NCBI GenBank assembly: GCA_023392575.1 | Contig: JAEVYV010000319.1 | Span: 1-51,143, forward strand | Direction of reading: 5' to 3' | DNA from: Bacteroidota bacterium | Lineage (GTDB): Bacteria > Bacteroidota > Bacteroidia > Chitinophagales > Chitinophagaceae | Length of the DNA: 51,143 bases | Part shown: positions 34,953 through 44,726 of the stretch, in pieces | Layout of the letters: the number at the start of each line of letters is the position of its first letter | Numbering within the stretch: position 1 is the stretch's first letter | The notes under the pieces: model-generated | The model's input: the letters and a program-made list of their open reading frames with translations, nothing else | Database searches by the model: none | What the model was told of the DNA's origin: nothing | Program-made: the position numbers and the translations under genes

Positions 34953-37376
34953 ATGATCCGCAATTATTTCAAAATTGCTTTACGCAATTTGATGAAGTAT
35001 AAGTTCATCTCCTTTATCAATCTTTTTGGATTAACGGTAGGCATTACCTGTTGCTTATTGATCCTGGCTTATATCATCAATGAGTTAAGTTTTGATCGGT
35101 ATAACCGGCAAGCGGATAACATCTACCGCGTGGAAAGAACCTTTTTAAATCCACAAACCGGGGCGCTTAATTTGAAGTTGGCAGCGGTTGCGCCACCGGC
35201 AGGTCCATTATTGCAAAACGATTTTAAAGAGATTAAGCAGATCACACGGTTGCTTCAAAACAACTCAGTTCCTTTTCGTTATGAAGAGAAAATGTTCAAT
35301 GAGCAAAACTCCTATTTCGCCGATGAGCATTTGTTTGACGTTTTTGATGTAACGGTAACCAAAGGCAATCCCGCCAAAGCTTTGCAGGAGCCATTCTCTG
35401 TGATGCTTTCGGAAGATGTTGCCAAAAAATACTTCGGCAATGAGGAGCCGCTGAACAAGGTGATCCGGATGAACAACCAGTTCGGGCTTAAAGTTACCGG
35501 GGTATATAAACCGTTTCCCACCAATGCACACCTTCATCCTGAAATGATGATCTCTTTCAATACGCTGAAGGATACGGCCGTGTATGGAGAAGACAATTTA
35601 TTGCACAACTGGGGCAACAATGCCTTCTTTACCTATTTATTGCTGCCACAGAATTATGATCCTCAAAAGCTGGAAGCACAATTCCCGGCTTTTTTAAACA
35701 GGCATATTACAGAGGACAATGGTCCCGTTAAGCCTTCACAATGGACATCTCTTAGTTTGCGAAAATTAACCGATATCCATCTTTTATCACACATGGACGA
35801 TGAAGCAGAAGAAAACGGGGACATAAAAAGGGTTTACATTTTTTCGGCCATCGCTCTTTTTATTTTGCTGATTGCTTGTATCAATTATATGAATCTTTCT
35901 ACGGCAAGGTCTGTGCTGCGTGGAAAGGAAATCGGTATCAGAAAAGTAGTAGGCGCCCGAAAAAAAGAACTGGTGCTGCAATTCTTATGCGAATCTGTGT
36001 TGCTCTGCTGGATCGCGGCGCTGCTGGCGTTTGGCCTGGCTGCACTTTGCCTGCCCGGGCTTAATGAGCTTTCGGGGCAGCATTTATCTATTTCTATTTT
36101 ATTAAAATGGCAGATTCTTTTGCCGCTGCTGCTGGTGCCTTTTCTCTTGGGGATTCTTTCCGGTATTTACCCGGCTTTATTTCTTTCTTCTTTCCAGCCG
36201 GTAAAAGTGTTGAAAGGAGTTATGAAAATTGGCGGAAGCAGTTTATCGTTTCGTAAAGCCCTGGTTGTGGTGCAATTTTCCATTTCTATTATTTTAATTG
36301 TAAGCACGGCTATCGTGTTTCAGCAATTAAGGTTCATGCAAAAAACATCGCTGGGCTTTAAGAAAGACCATATCATAACGGTTGCGTATAACTCAGGCCT
36401 TAACGACAAATATGAATCATTTAAAACGGCCTTGCTGGATAATGCCGGTATCAGGGGTATCACCCGCTCTTCCCGTATTCCGTCGGGCCGCCTGCTGGAT
36501 GCCATGGGCTCGCAAATTGATCGCGGCGACTCATTAACACCAACGCAGGCCGATATAAAATTTGTGGTGGCCGACGAAGATTTTATCCCTACCTACGGCG
36601 TGAATGTTGTGCAGGGAAGAAATTTTTCCAAAAGCTTTGGCATGGATACCGCTTCTTTCCTGATAAACGAAGCAGCCGTAAAAGTCCTGGGCCTAAAATC
36701 GCCTGAAGAAGCAATAGGAAAGCGTTTTCAATATGGTGGCAAAAAAGGACAGTTAATTGGGGTCTTCAATGATTTTCACTTCGAGTCTATGCACCAGCGC
36801 ATTTTGCCGCTGGTATTATTTATTCCAAGAAGCGCAGGAAACTATGGAAGGCTTTCCATAAAAGTATCGGGCAGCATTCCTGCCGCGATTGCACATGTTG
36901 AATCCACCTGGAAAAAGTTTTTACCTGAGATACCATTTGATTACACCTTTCTGGACGACAACTTTGCCCGTCTCTATCAGTCGGAACAACGACAGGAAAG
37001 CATCTTTACCTTGTTTTCCTTCATTGCCATTTTTATTGCCTGCCTCGGCTTATTTGGCTTGTCGGCATTTGCCATATCGCAGCGTGTAAAGGAAATCGGT
37101 ATCCGAAAAGTGCTGGGTGCTGATGTAAGCACTATTGTGGCACTTCTTTCCAAAGATTTTTTAAAGCTGGTAATCATAGCTGCTGTACTGGCTTTCCCGG
37201 TTGCCTGGTACGCCATGCACAAATGGCTGGAAGACTTTGCCTATCGCATTGCTATTCCCTGGTGGATCTTTCCGGCAGCTGGCATTATTGCAGCAATCGT
37301 TGCGTTTAGCACGATCAGCTTTCAGGCCATAAAAGCAGCAACCGCCAATCCTGTAAAAAACTTACGAACAGAATAA
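34953..37376 (+). CDS. Double MacB/FtsX ABC permease 1
   Basis: IACINYMNLSTAR...EIGIRKVVGA, second EIGIRKVLGA, C-terminal NPVKNLRTE. Confidence 0.93.
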   Translation: MIRNYFKIALRNLMKYKFISFINLFGLTVGITCCLLILAYIINELSFDRYNRQADNIYRVERTFLNPQTGALNLKLAAVAPPAGPLLQNDFKEIKQITRLLQNNSVPFRYEEKMFNEQNSYFADEHLFDVFDVTVTKGNPAKALQEPFSVMLSEDVAKKYFGNEEPLNKVIRMNNQFGLKVTGVYKPFPTNAHLHPEMMISFNTLKDTAVYGEDNLLHNWGNNAFFTYLLLPQNYDPQKLEAQFPAFLNRHITEDNGPVKPSQWTSLSLRKLTDIHLLSHMDDEAEENGDIKRVYIFSAIALFILLIACINYMNLSTARSVLRGKEIGIRKVVGARKKELVLQFLCESVLLCWIAALLAFGLAALCLPGLNELSGQHLSISILLKWQILLPLLLVPFLLGILSGIYPALFLSSFQPVKVLKGVMKIGGSSLSFRKALVVVQFSISIILIVSTAIVFQQLRFMQKTSLGFKKDHIITVAYNSGLNDKYESFKTALLDNAGIRGITRSSRIPSGRLLDAMGSQIDRGDSLTPTQADIKFVVADEDFIPTYGVNVVQGRNFSKSFGMDTASFLINEAAVKVLGLKSPEEAIGKRFQYGGKKGQLIGVFNDFHFESMHQRILPLVLFIPRSAGNYGRLSIKVSGSIPAAIAHVESTWKKFLPEIPFDYTFLDDNFARLYQSEQRQESIFTLFSFIAIFIACLGLFGLSAFAISQRVKEIGIRKVLGADVSTIVALLSKDFLKLVIIAAVLAFPVAWYAMHKWLEDFAYRIAIPWWIFPAAGIIAAIVAFSTISFQAIKAATANPVKNLRTE

Positions 37377-37451
37377 ATGGGTGAATGGTGAGTAGTGAAT
37401 GGTGAATGGGACAGAGAGAGAGGAATTATCAAACAGAAAAAGAATTATTAC

Positions 37452-39812
37452 ATGTTTAAAAATTATTTGAAGATCGCACTCCGGAACTTGCTTCGCAACA
37501 AAGCATTTTCTGTTATTAATATTTCAGGACTGGCCATAGGCATGGCCAGCGCCATCCTTATTTTACTGTGGATACAAAATGAAGTAAGCTACGACCAGTT
37601 CCATGAAAAGAAGGACCGTATTTATGAGGCATGGAACCGTGCCGAATTTAGCGGGAAGCTTCAGGCCTGGAATACAACGCCAAAAGTATTGGCCAGGACA
37701 CTGGAAAGGGACATACCCGAGGTGGAACAGGCGGTACGAGTGAACTGGGCCAGCAATTATCTGTTTAGTGTTGGAGAGAAGCGGTTGACTGTTCGAGGTA
37801 ATATTGTTGACTCTAATTTCTTACAGGTATTTAGTTTTCCGTTGGTAAAGGGTAATCCTAAAGTAGCCCTAATGGACATGCACTCCATTGTGCTGACGGA
37901 AAAACTGGCTAAAAAAATATTTGGAGAAGAAGACCCGATGGGCAAGACCATCAAGCTGGATAACAAGGACAACTTTACGGTAACCGGCATTGCCAAGGAT
38001 CTGCCCAACAATACCAGATTCAACTTTGAATATTTATTGCCCTGGTCATACTTACGATCTAATGGTGATGATGACGTATACTGGGGCAACAACTCCACCC
38101 GTACCTATATGCTGCTAAAGCCCAATGTTAGCCTTGCCTCTGTTGCGCCAAAAGTAAAGGTGATCAAACAGCGCTATGCTACCGACGATCCCAAGTGGGA
38201 AATGTTTATTTACCCTATGAGTAAGTGGAGGCTTTACTCCCGGTTTAATGAAGGTGTGGAAGACGGCGGCCGTATAGAATTTGTACGAATGTTTGCCATC
38301 ATTGCGGCCTTTATCTTGCTGATTGCCTGTATCAATTTCATGAATCTGAGTACGGCACGCAGTGAAAAGCGGGCAAAGGAAGTGGGTATCCGTAAAGTGG
38401 TGGGGGCCCAAAAGGGAGCCCTGGTGGGTCAGTTCATTGGTGAATCCATATTGCTGGCTTTTCTTGCAGGAATCATTGCCGTCGCCATTGTACAACTGAG
38501 CCTTCCGGGTTTCAACAAGCTTACCGATAAACAATTATTTATTGACTTTGGAAATATTAATTCATGGTTTGTGGCGCTTGGCTTTATTGTCTTCACAGGC
38601 ATTGTAGCCGGCAGTTATCCTGCTTTTTTTCTTTCTTCTTTTCAGCCGGTAAGGGTGTTGAAGGGAATGTTCCGGTCTTCAAAGGCCCTGGTTACGCCGC
38701 GTAAAGTTCTGGTGGTGTTGCAGTTCACGTTTGCCATCATACTTATCATCAGCACCATCATTGTTAAACACCAGATTGATTATGCCCGAAACCGGGAAGC
38801 AGGTTATGACAAGAATAACCTGATGTATCATTTTCTTTCCGGCGATTTACAAAAGAACTACAACCTTGTAAAAAATGAATTGCTGGCAGCAGGTGTGGCC
38901 ACTTCCATTTCTAAAACAAGTGCACCGCTAACCCAGGGCTGGAGTGATAGCTGGGGTTTTGAGTGGCAAGGGAAAGATCCCAACGATAAAACTGATTTTG
39001 ACCGGTATTCTGCAGATGAAAATCTTGTTACTACAGCCGGATTTCAGTTGGTGAAAGGCCGTGATTTTAATTTAAGCCAATTCCCTACTGATTCCACGGC
39101 TGTCATTCTGAATGAGTTGGCTGTAAAGGCGATGGGTTTTAAAGATCCGATTGGACAAATTGTAAAAGACAACGGCATTGACTGGCATGTAGTGGGCGTG
39201 ATAAAGGATTTCATCCTGCAGTCTCCGTACCATCCGTTAAAACCCATGGTGATTGAAGGGGCCAAAGGCTGGTTTAATGTAATGCATATCAAGCTGAATC
39301 CAAAAAATACTACCGCGCAGAATTTAAAAACGACTGAAGCTATTTTTAAAAAATACAACCCCGAGTATCCTTTTGAGTATAAGTTCATCGATGAAGAATA
39401 CGCGGCCAAGTTTGAGGATGAAAAACGTACCGGCACCCTGACAGCCTTGTTTGCAGGGCTAACCATTTTCATTTCCTGTTTGGGGTTGTTTGGCCTGGCG
39501 GCCTACATGGCGCAAAACCGCATCAAAGAAATCGGCGTGCGGAAGGTATTGGGAGCCTCTGTTACCAATATTACTACGCTGCTTTCAAAAGATTTTCTAA
39601 AACTGGTTATCGTTTCCCTGGTCATTGCTTCTCCGGTTGCCGGCTTTGCCATGTATAAATGGCTGCAGGACTATCCCTACCGTGTAAACATTGAATGGTG
39701 GGTGTTTGTACTGGCCGGCCTGAGCGCCATTGCCATTGCTTTATTTACGGTCAGTTTTCAGGCCATAAAAGCAGCAACGGCCAACCCGGTAAAAAACTTA
39801 CGGACCGAATAA
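37452..39812 (+). CDS. Double MacB/FtsX ABC permease 2
   Basis: Same motifs as permease 1. Start placed at MFKNY; the upstream ORF extension is a translated heptamer tract. Confidence 0.93.
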   Translation: MFKNYLKIALRNLLRNKAFSVINISGLAIGMASAILILLWIQNEVSYDQFHEKKDRIYEAWNRAEFSGKLQAWNTTPKVLARTLERDIPEVEQAVRVNWASNYLFSVGEKRLTVRGNIVDSNFLQVFSFPLVKGNPKVALMDMHSIVLTEKLAKKIFGEEDPMGKTIKLDNKDNFTVTGIAKDLPNNTRFNFEYLLPWSYLRSNGDDDVYWGNNSTRTYMLLKPNVSLASVAPKVKVIKQRYATDDPKWEMFIYPMSKWRLYSRFNEGVEDGGRIEFVRMFAIIAAFILLIACINFMNLSTARSEKRAKEVGIRKVVGAQKGALVGQFIGESILLAFLAGIIAVAIVQLSLPGFNKLTDKQLFIDFGNINSWFVALGFIVFTGIVAGSYPAFFLSSFQPVRVLKGMFRSSKALVTPRKVLVVLQFTFAIILIISTIIVKHQIDYARNREAGYDKNNLMYHFLSGDLQKNYNLVKNELLAAGVATSISKTSAPLTQGWSDSWGFEWQGKDPNDKTDFDRYSADENLVTTAGFQLVKGRDFNLSQFPTDSTAVILNELAVKAMGFKDPIGQIVKDNGIDWHVVGVIKDFILQSPYHPLKPMVIEGAKGWFNVMHIKLNPKNTTAQNLKTTEAIFKKYNPEYPFEYKFIDEEYAAKFEDEKRTGTLTALFAGLTIFISCLGLFGLAAYMAQNRIKEIGVRKVLGASVTNITTLLSKDFLKLVIVSLVIASPVAGFAMYKWLQDYPYRVNIEWWVFVLAGLSAIAIALFTVSFQAIKAATANPVKNLRTE

Positions 39813-39822
39813 TTATCATGTT

Positions 39823-42276
39823 ATGATACGAAACTATTTGAAGCTGGCCTGGCGCAATTTGATGAAGAATAAAGTGTTTTCCTTCATCAATATCTTCGGG
39901 CTTTCTGTTGGCCTTACTTGTTGCATCCTGATAACAATTTACATTTTTCATGAGACCAGTTATGACCGGTATCATGAAAGAGCAAAACAGATCTACCGGC
40001 TTGGTACTGTTTTTATTGACCAGGGCGTGGAAGAACGCGGCCTCAACAGTTCGGCTCCGTTGGGCAGAATGCTGCAGCAGGAATACCCGGAAATAGAAGC
40101 TTCCGCAAGGGCCCTCAATCTTTTCCGCGATGATAAAACCTTGTTCCAGTTAAATGAAAATGGAACGGTTAAATCCCTTTATGAAACCAAAGGCTTTCTG
40201 GCCGATTCTAATTTTTTTCAAATTCTGTCGTTTCGCTTTAAAGAAGGTGATCCCAGAACTGCTTTGCAGGAGCCAAACAGTGTTGTGATCAAAGAAGATA
40301 TAGCGCAGAAGCTTTTTGGTGATCAACCCGCTCTTGGCAAAATGGTGCGGGTGAGCAGCAGTACCAATGGCGACACCAGTTTCAGGATAACAGGCGTGTT
40401 TGCCAACCCTCCGGGGCCCTCTCATCTTGACGCACGGTTTTTTCTCTCTTTCAGGGGCGGTAATATGGACCGGTTTGCAAACGACAATCCCAGTTTGGCC
40501 AACAACAACATGTTTTTAACCTACCTGTTGGTGAAAAACGGATCGGATGAAAAAAAGCTGGAACAAAAATTCCCTGACTTTATTCAACGGCATTTGGGCG
40601 AGCAGTTAAAGCAGATGGGCAAGCAAAGAAACTATTTTTTGACACCCATCTCTGATATTTACCTGTCGGGTATTTCCAAGGCCAGCACTACGGCCGGTGG
40701 CAGCAAAACAGCTTTATTTATTCTGGGCTCCATTGCGGTGCTTACCTTATTGATCGCCTGCATTAATTTTATGAATCTCTCTACAGCCAATTCTGCAAAG
40801 AGAGCTTCTGAGGTGGGCGTTCGAAAAGTTTTGGGTGCTCAAAGGCAATCCCTGCTTCGTCAATTTTTAGGCGAGTCGTTGCTAATGGCTGCTATTGCTA
40901 TGGTGTTTGCGCTGCTCTTTACGGTGCTTTTATTGCCGGTTTTTGAACAGGTTTCCGGTAAAACCCTGCTTATTTCAGGGCCGCAAAAACTTACGCTGGG
41001 TGGGTTGTTTATTTTGCTTGCTTTACTAACCGGCTTACTGGCCGGAAGCTATCCCGCCTTTTATCTTTCCTCCTTCAGACCTATTAAAGTGCTGAAAGGA
41101 AAATTTAGCAATTCGCTTGCTGCTATTTCCTTACGAAAAGGCCTGGTGGTTTTTCAATTCATTATTTCCATTGTGTTGATCATCGCCTCCGTGGTCATTG
41201 CTAAACAGATGCGCTATTTGCAGCAAAAGGACCTGGGTTTTCAGAAAGATCAGCAAATCATCATTCCGCTGCGCACCTCCACCGCAAAAGGAAGCGTTCA
41301 GGCATTTAAAAGCAAGGTTGTTAACAACACCAGCATCAGCTCCATTGGAACATCAATGGCGTACCCCGGTATATTTAATCCCCAGGATTGGCTGATGTAC
41401 CGGCAGGGGCAAACGATGGACAATTCAAAACAGGTGTATATAAATCTTGTTGATGATAACTTTCTTCAAACCCTGGGTGTAAAGCTGGTGGCGGGCAGAT
41501 TGTTTTCCTCGCAGTTTGCCGCCGATACACTTACCAGTTTTGTGATTAATGAACAGGCCGTAAAGCAATTTGGCTTTGCTTCGCCCCAGGACGCAGTAGG
41601 CAAGTGGCTTGCCGCCGATTGGGATGGCGAGCAAAACCGTTTTACCATTGTTGGCGTGGTGAAAGATTTTAACTTCAAAGACCTTCACGAAGCCATTGAA
41701 CCTTTTGCCTTTCGCTTTTTCAATGACGCCGATGCTGGATTCAATTATATGATTGCGCATGCCAGTGGTGGAAACGTAAAGCAATCCTTATCGACTCTGG
41801 AAACGGCATGGGAGAAACTCAATCCCAACGAGCCTTTTGAATACAGTTTTCTTGACCAGGATTTTCAAAAAAATTATGACACCGAAAACAGGCGGGCAAG
41901 GCTTATCAATTATTTTACCATTGTGGCGATTATTATTTCCTGCCTGGGGCTTTTCGGGTTGGCCACCTTTACAGCAGAACAAAGAACAAAAGAAATAGGG
42001 ATTAGAAAAGTGCTGGGTGCCAGCGTGTATGGAGTGGTGGCCCTGCTCTCCAAAGATTTTTTAAAGCTGGTCGTCATAGCGGTTCTCGTGGCTTCACCGC
42101 TGGCATGGTATGCCATGAACAAATGGATGCAAAATTTTGCTTACAAAACCGCCATTACCTGGCATGTATTTGCCTTGACAACAGTTGTTGCCGTTTTTAT
42201 TGCATTTGCCACTATCAGTTTCAAGGCCATAAAGGCAGCTTTATCCAATCCGGTAAAAAGCTTACGCACCGAATAA
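39823..42276 (+). CDS. Double MacB/FtsX ABC permease 3
   Basis: Same motifs; ends NPVKSLRTE. Confidence 0.93.
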   Translation: MIRNYLKLAWRNLMKNKVFSFINIFGLSVGLTCCILITIYIFHETSYDRYHERAKQIYRLGTVFIDQGVEERGLNSSAPLGRMLQQEYPEIEASARALNLFRDDKTLFQLNENGTVKSLYETKGFLADSNFFQILSFRFKEGDPRTALQEPNSVVIKEDIAQKLFGDQPALGKMVRVSSSTNGDTSFRITGVFANPPGPSHLDARFFLSFRGGNMDRFANDNPSLANNNMFLTYLLVKNGSDEKKLEQKFPDFIQRHLGEQLKQMGKQRNYFLTPISDIYLSGISKASTTAGGSKTALFILGSIAVLTLLIACINFMNLSTANSAKRASEVGVRKVLGAQRQSLLRQFLGESLLMAAIAMVFALLFTVLLLPVFEQVSGKTLLISGPQKLTLGGLFILLALLTGLLAGSYPAFYLSSFRPIKVLKGKFSNSLAAISLRKGLVVFQFIISIVLIIASVVIAKQMRYLQQKDLGFQKDQQIIIPLRTSTAKGSVQAFKSKVVNNTSISSIGTSMAYPGIFNPQDWLMYRQGQTMDNSKQVYINLVDDNFLQTLGVKLVAGRLFSSQFAADTLTSFVINEQAVKQFGFASPQDAVGKWLAADWDGEQNRFTIVGVVKDFNFKDLHEAIEPFAFRFFNDADAGFNYMIAHASGGNVKQSLSTLETAWEKLNPNEPFEYSFLDQDFQKNYDTENRRARLINYFTIVAIIISCLGLFGLATFTAEQRTKEIGIRKVLGASVYGVVALLSKDFLKLVVIAVLVASPLAWYAMNKWMQNFAYKTAITWHVFALTTVVAVFIAFATISFKAIKAALSNPVKSLRTE

Positions 42277-42286
42277 ACAGCTTGCC

Positions 42287-44716
42287 ATGTTTAAAAATTA
42301 TTTGAAGACCGCCATACGCAGCCTGCTTCGTTACAAAGGTTTTTCATTGATCAACATTGCCAGTCTTGCTATTGGTATAACAGGTTGTTTGGTAATTGGT
42401 TTATTTGTTTGGGATGAATGGCAGTATGATAAATTTATTGCCGGTGGAGAAAATGTTTACCGGATATACGAAGAAAGAAATGATAACAACAGTATTACCT
42501 ATGGAGCCCCTGTGCCCCCTGCGTATGCTACCTTTTTAAACCAACAATACCCTGAGGTGGATACCACGCTCCGAATTTTAATGTCGGGCGATAAGTTCCT
42601 GATGGAGGTGGGAGAGAAAAGAGCGTATGAAGAAAAGGGGTGGTTTGTGGAAGGTTCTTTCTTTCAAATTTTTCCCCTGCGGTTTCTAAAAGGAGACCCG
42701 GCTACCGCCCTTGCTGAGCCAGCAACCATTGTTATTTCAGAAGATCTGGCCTATAAGTATTTTGGCAACGAAGATCCGATCGGTAAAACAATTAAGATCG
42801 ATAAAGGGGATCTTACTGTGAAGGGTGTGCTGGCAAAATTGCCGGCGCATTTCCATCTTGACTTTAACTACCTCATGTCCTTGCCTTCGGCCGGTATTGA
42901 GAAGGACCGGATGGAAAAGTGGACATGGCACCAGTTCTATACGTACGTAAAACTAAAGCCCGGGGCCGATGTAAAACAATTGCAGGATAAGTTTCAGGCT
43001 CATGTTAAAAAAGATATCTATCCTACCTTAACACAAGCCGGTTCTACCTTCCTGCCTTTTTTTCAGCCCTTGAAAGATATTCATCTAAAGTCTGCGGATT
43101 TTATATACGATAATGCTATTCGCGGAAATGAAACCTATGTGAAAGGCTTAACCATCATTGCCTTGTTTGTACTGTTGATTGCTTGTTTCAACTTCATCAA
43201 CCTGGCCACCGCCCGATCTTTCAGAAGAGCAAAAGAGATCGGCGTCCGCAAAGTCATTGGCGCCGATCGCAAGCAACTGATCTTTCAATTTATTGGCGAG
43301 ACGGTTATGCTTTCTATTTTCTCGGTGCTTCTAGCGACGGTGGCTACTTTATGTATCGTTCCATGGCTGAATGCATTTACGGGTAAATCCATTTCCTTCA
43401 ATCCTTTTACCAATCCCTTGCTGGGGTTACTGGTATTAGCAGCCGGAGTGGTGATCGGTATTTTGGCCGGTCTTTACCCTGCGTTGGTCCTCTCCGGTTT
43501 TCAACCTATCAAGGTTTTAAAAAATATGAAGCTAGCTGCAAATACCGGCAGCGGCACGGCCTGGCTAAGGCAGGCGTTGGTAGTAGTACAATTCGCTTTG
43601 TCTGCCTTGCTGATTGTGTCTTCCACAATCGTGTACCGGCAAATCCATTATTTGAATAGTAAGGACCTTGGATTTAATAAAGAGCAGGTGCTGTTTTTTC
43701 AGATAAGGGGTGAACTGGAGGATAGCAACAAACTCGAAACGTTTAAAACCGAACTGAAACGTTCTTCTAACGTGGTTTCGGTTACCTCCGGTTATGGCTT
43801 ACCGGGTGACCAGTATGCTGGTGACGGCATTGCTGTTCCGGGAAACGGTGGCGATAAGGAGTATCCTGCCAATGTATTTATTGGTGATTATGATTATGTA
43901 AAAACACTGGGCCTGAAACTGATTGCGGGAAGGGATTTTTCAAGAGACCGGCCAACAGATGTGCAGGAGGCTTTCATCATTAACGAAACGGCTGTAAAAG
44001 AACTAGGGTTTGGTACTCCTGGAAAGGCGTTAGGGCAGCGATTAAACTGGAATAAATGGATTCCGGATTCGCTGAACCCTGTAAAGAAAGGAAAGGTAAT
44101 TGGTGTGATAAAGGACTTTCATTATAAAAGCCTACATGAGAAAGTCACCACTTCGGTTTTACAGATTTATCCGCCTGTGGCTTTTAAAGTGGCTGTCAAA
44201 TTAAAGACTGCCGACATCCGGCATACGATTGCTTTTATCAATGAAACCTGGAATAAATTTTCTCCGGCCTACCCGCTGGATTATAAGTTCATGGACGAGA
44301 CCTATGGAAAAATGTATGCGTCCGAAGAAAAGCTGGGTAGCCTGCTATGGGCGTTTACGATCATGGCGATTGTGGTAGGGTGCATGGGTCTGTTTGCCCT
44401 GACCGCCTTTAGTGCGGAACAAAGAGTAAAAGAAATCGGTATTAGAAAAGTACTTGGCGCCAATGTGCTCAATATTGTGGGGCTGCTGTCGAAGAATTTT
44501 CTGGTCCTGGTTCTTCTTGCCTCAGTTATTGCTTTTCCAGTTGCCTGGTGGGCCATGAATAGCTGGCTGGAAGATTTTCCCTATAGAATTACCATTAGCT
44601 GGTGGGTGTTTGGCCTGGCGGCCCTGGCCGCCGTGGTAATAGCATTGGTGACCGTAAGTTTCCAGGCGATAAAAGCGGCTACTGCCAACCCTGTAAAAAG
44701 TTTACGAACCGAATAA
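42287..44716 (+). CDS. Double MacB/FtsX ABC permease 4
   Basis: Same motifs; ends NPVKSLRTE. Confidence 0.93.
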   Translation: MFKNYLKTAIRSLLRYKGFSLINIASLAIGITGCLVIGLFVWDEWQYDKFIAGGENVYRIYEERNDNNSITYGAPVPPAYATFLNQQYPEVDTTLRILMSGDKFLMEVGEKRAYEEKGWFVEGSFFQIFPLRFLKGDPATALAEPATIVISEDLAYKYFGNEDPIGKTIKIDKGDLTVKGVLAKLPAHFHLDFNYLMSLPSAGIEKDRMEKWTWHQFYTYVKLKPGADVKQLQDKFQAHVKKDIYPTLTQAGSTFLPFFQPLKDIHLKSADFIYDNAIRGNETYVKGLTIIALFVLLIACFNFINLATARSFRRAKEIGVRKVIGADRKQLIFQFIGETVMLSIFSVLLATVATLCIVPWLNAFTGKSISFNPFTNPLLGLLVLAAGVVIGILAGLYPALVLSGFQPIKVLKNMKLAANTGSGTAWLRQALVVVQFALSALLIVSSTIVYRQIHYLNSKDLGFNKEQVLFFQIRGELEDSNKLETFKTELKRSSNVVSVTSGYGLPGDQYAGDGIAVPGNGGDKEYPANVFIGDYDYVKTLGLKLIAGRDFSRDRPTDVQEAFIINETAVKELGFGTPGKALGQRLNWNKWIPDSLNPVKKGKVIGVIKDFHYKSLHEKVTTSVLQIYPPVAFKVAVKLKTADIRHTIAFINETWNKFSPAYPLDYKFMDETYGKMYASEEKLGSLLWAFTIMAIVVGCMGLFALTAFSAEQRVKEIGIRKVLGANVLNIVGLLSKNFLVLVLLASVIAFPVAWWAMNSWLEDFPYRITISWWVFGLAALAAVVIALVTVSFQAIKAATANPVKSLRTE

Positions 44717-44726
44717 AAGATAGTAT

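Noticed and set aside
37395..37451. N-terminal extension of permease 2 (MNGEWD...)
   Set aside because: It starts within a gtgaatg heptamer tract; the paralogues start at an M(F/I)(K/R)(N/S)Y-type motif.
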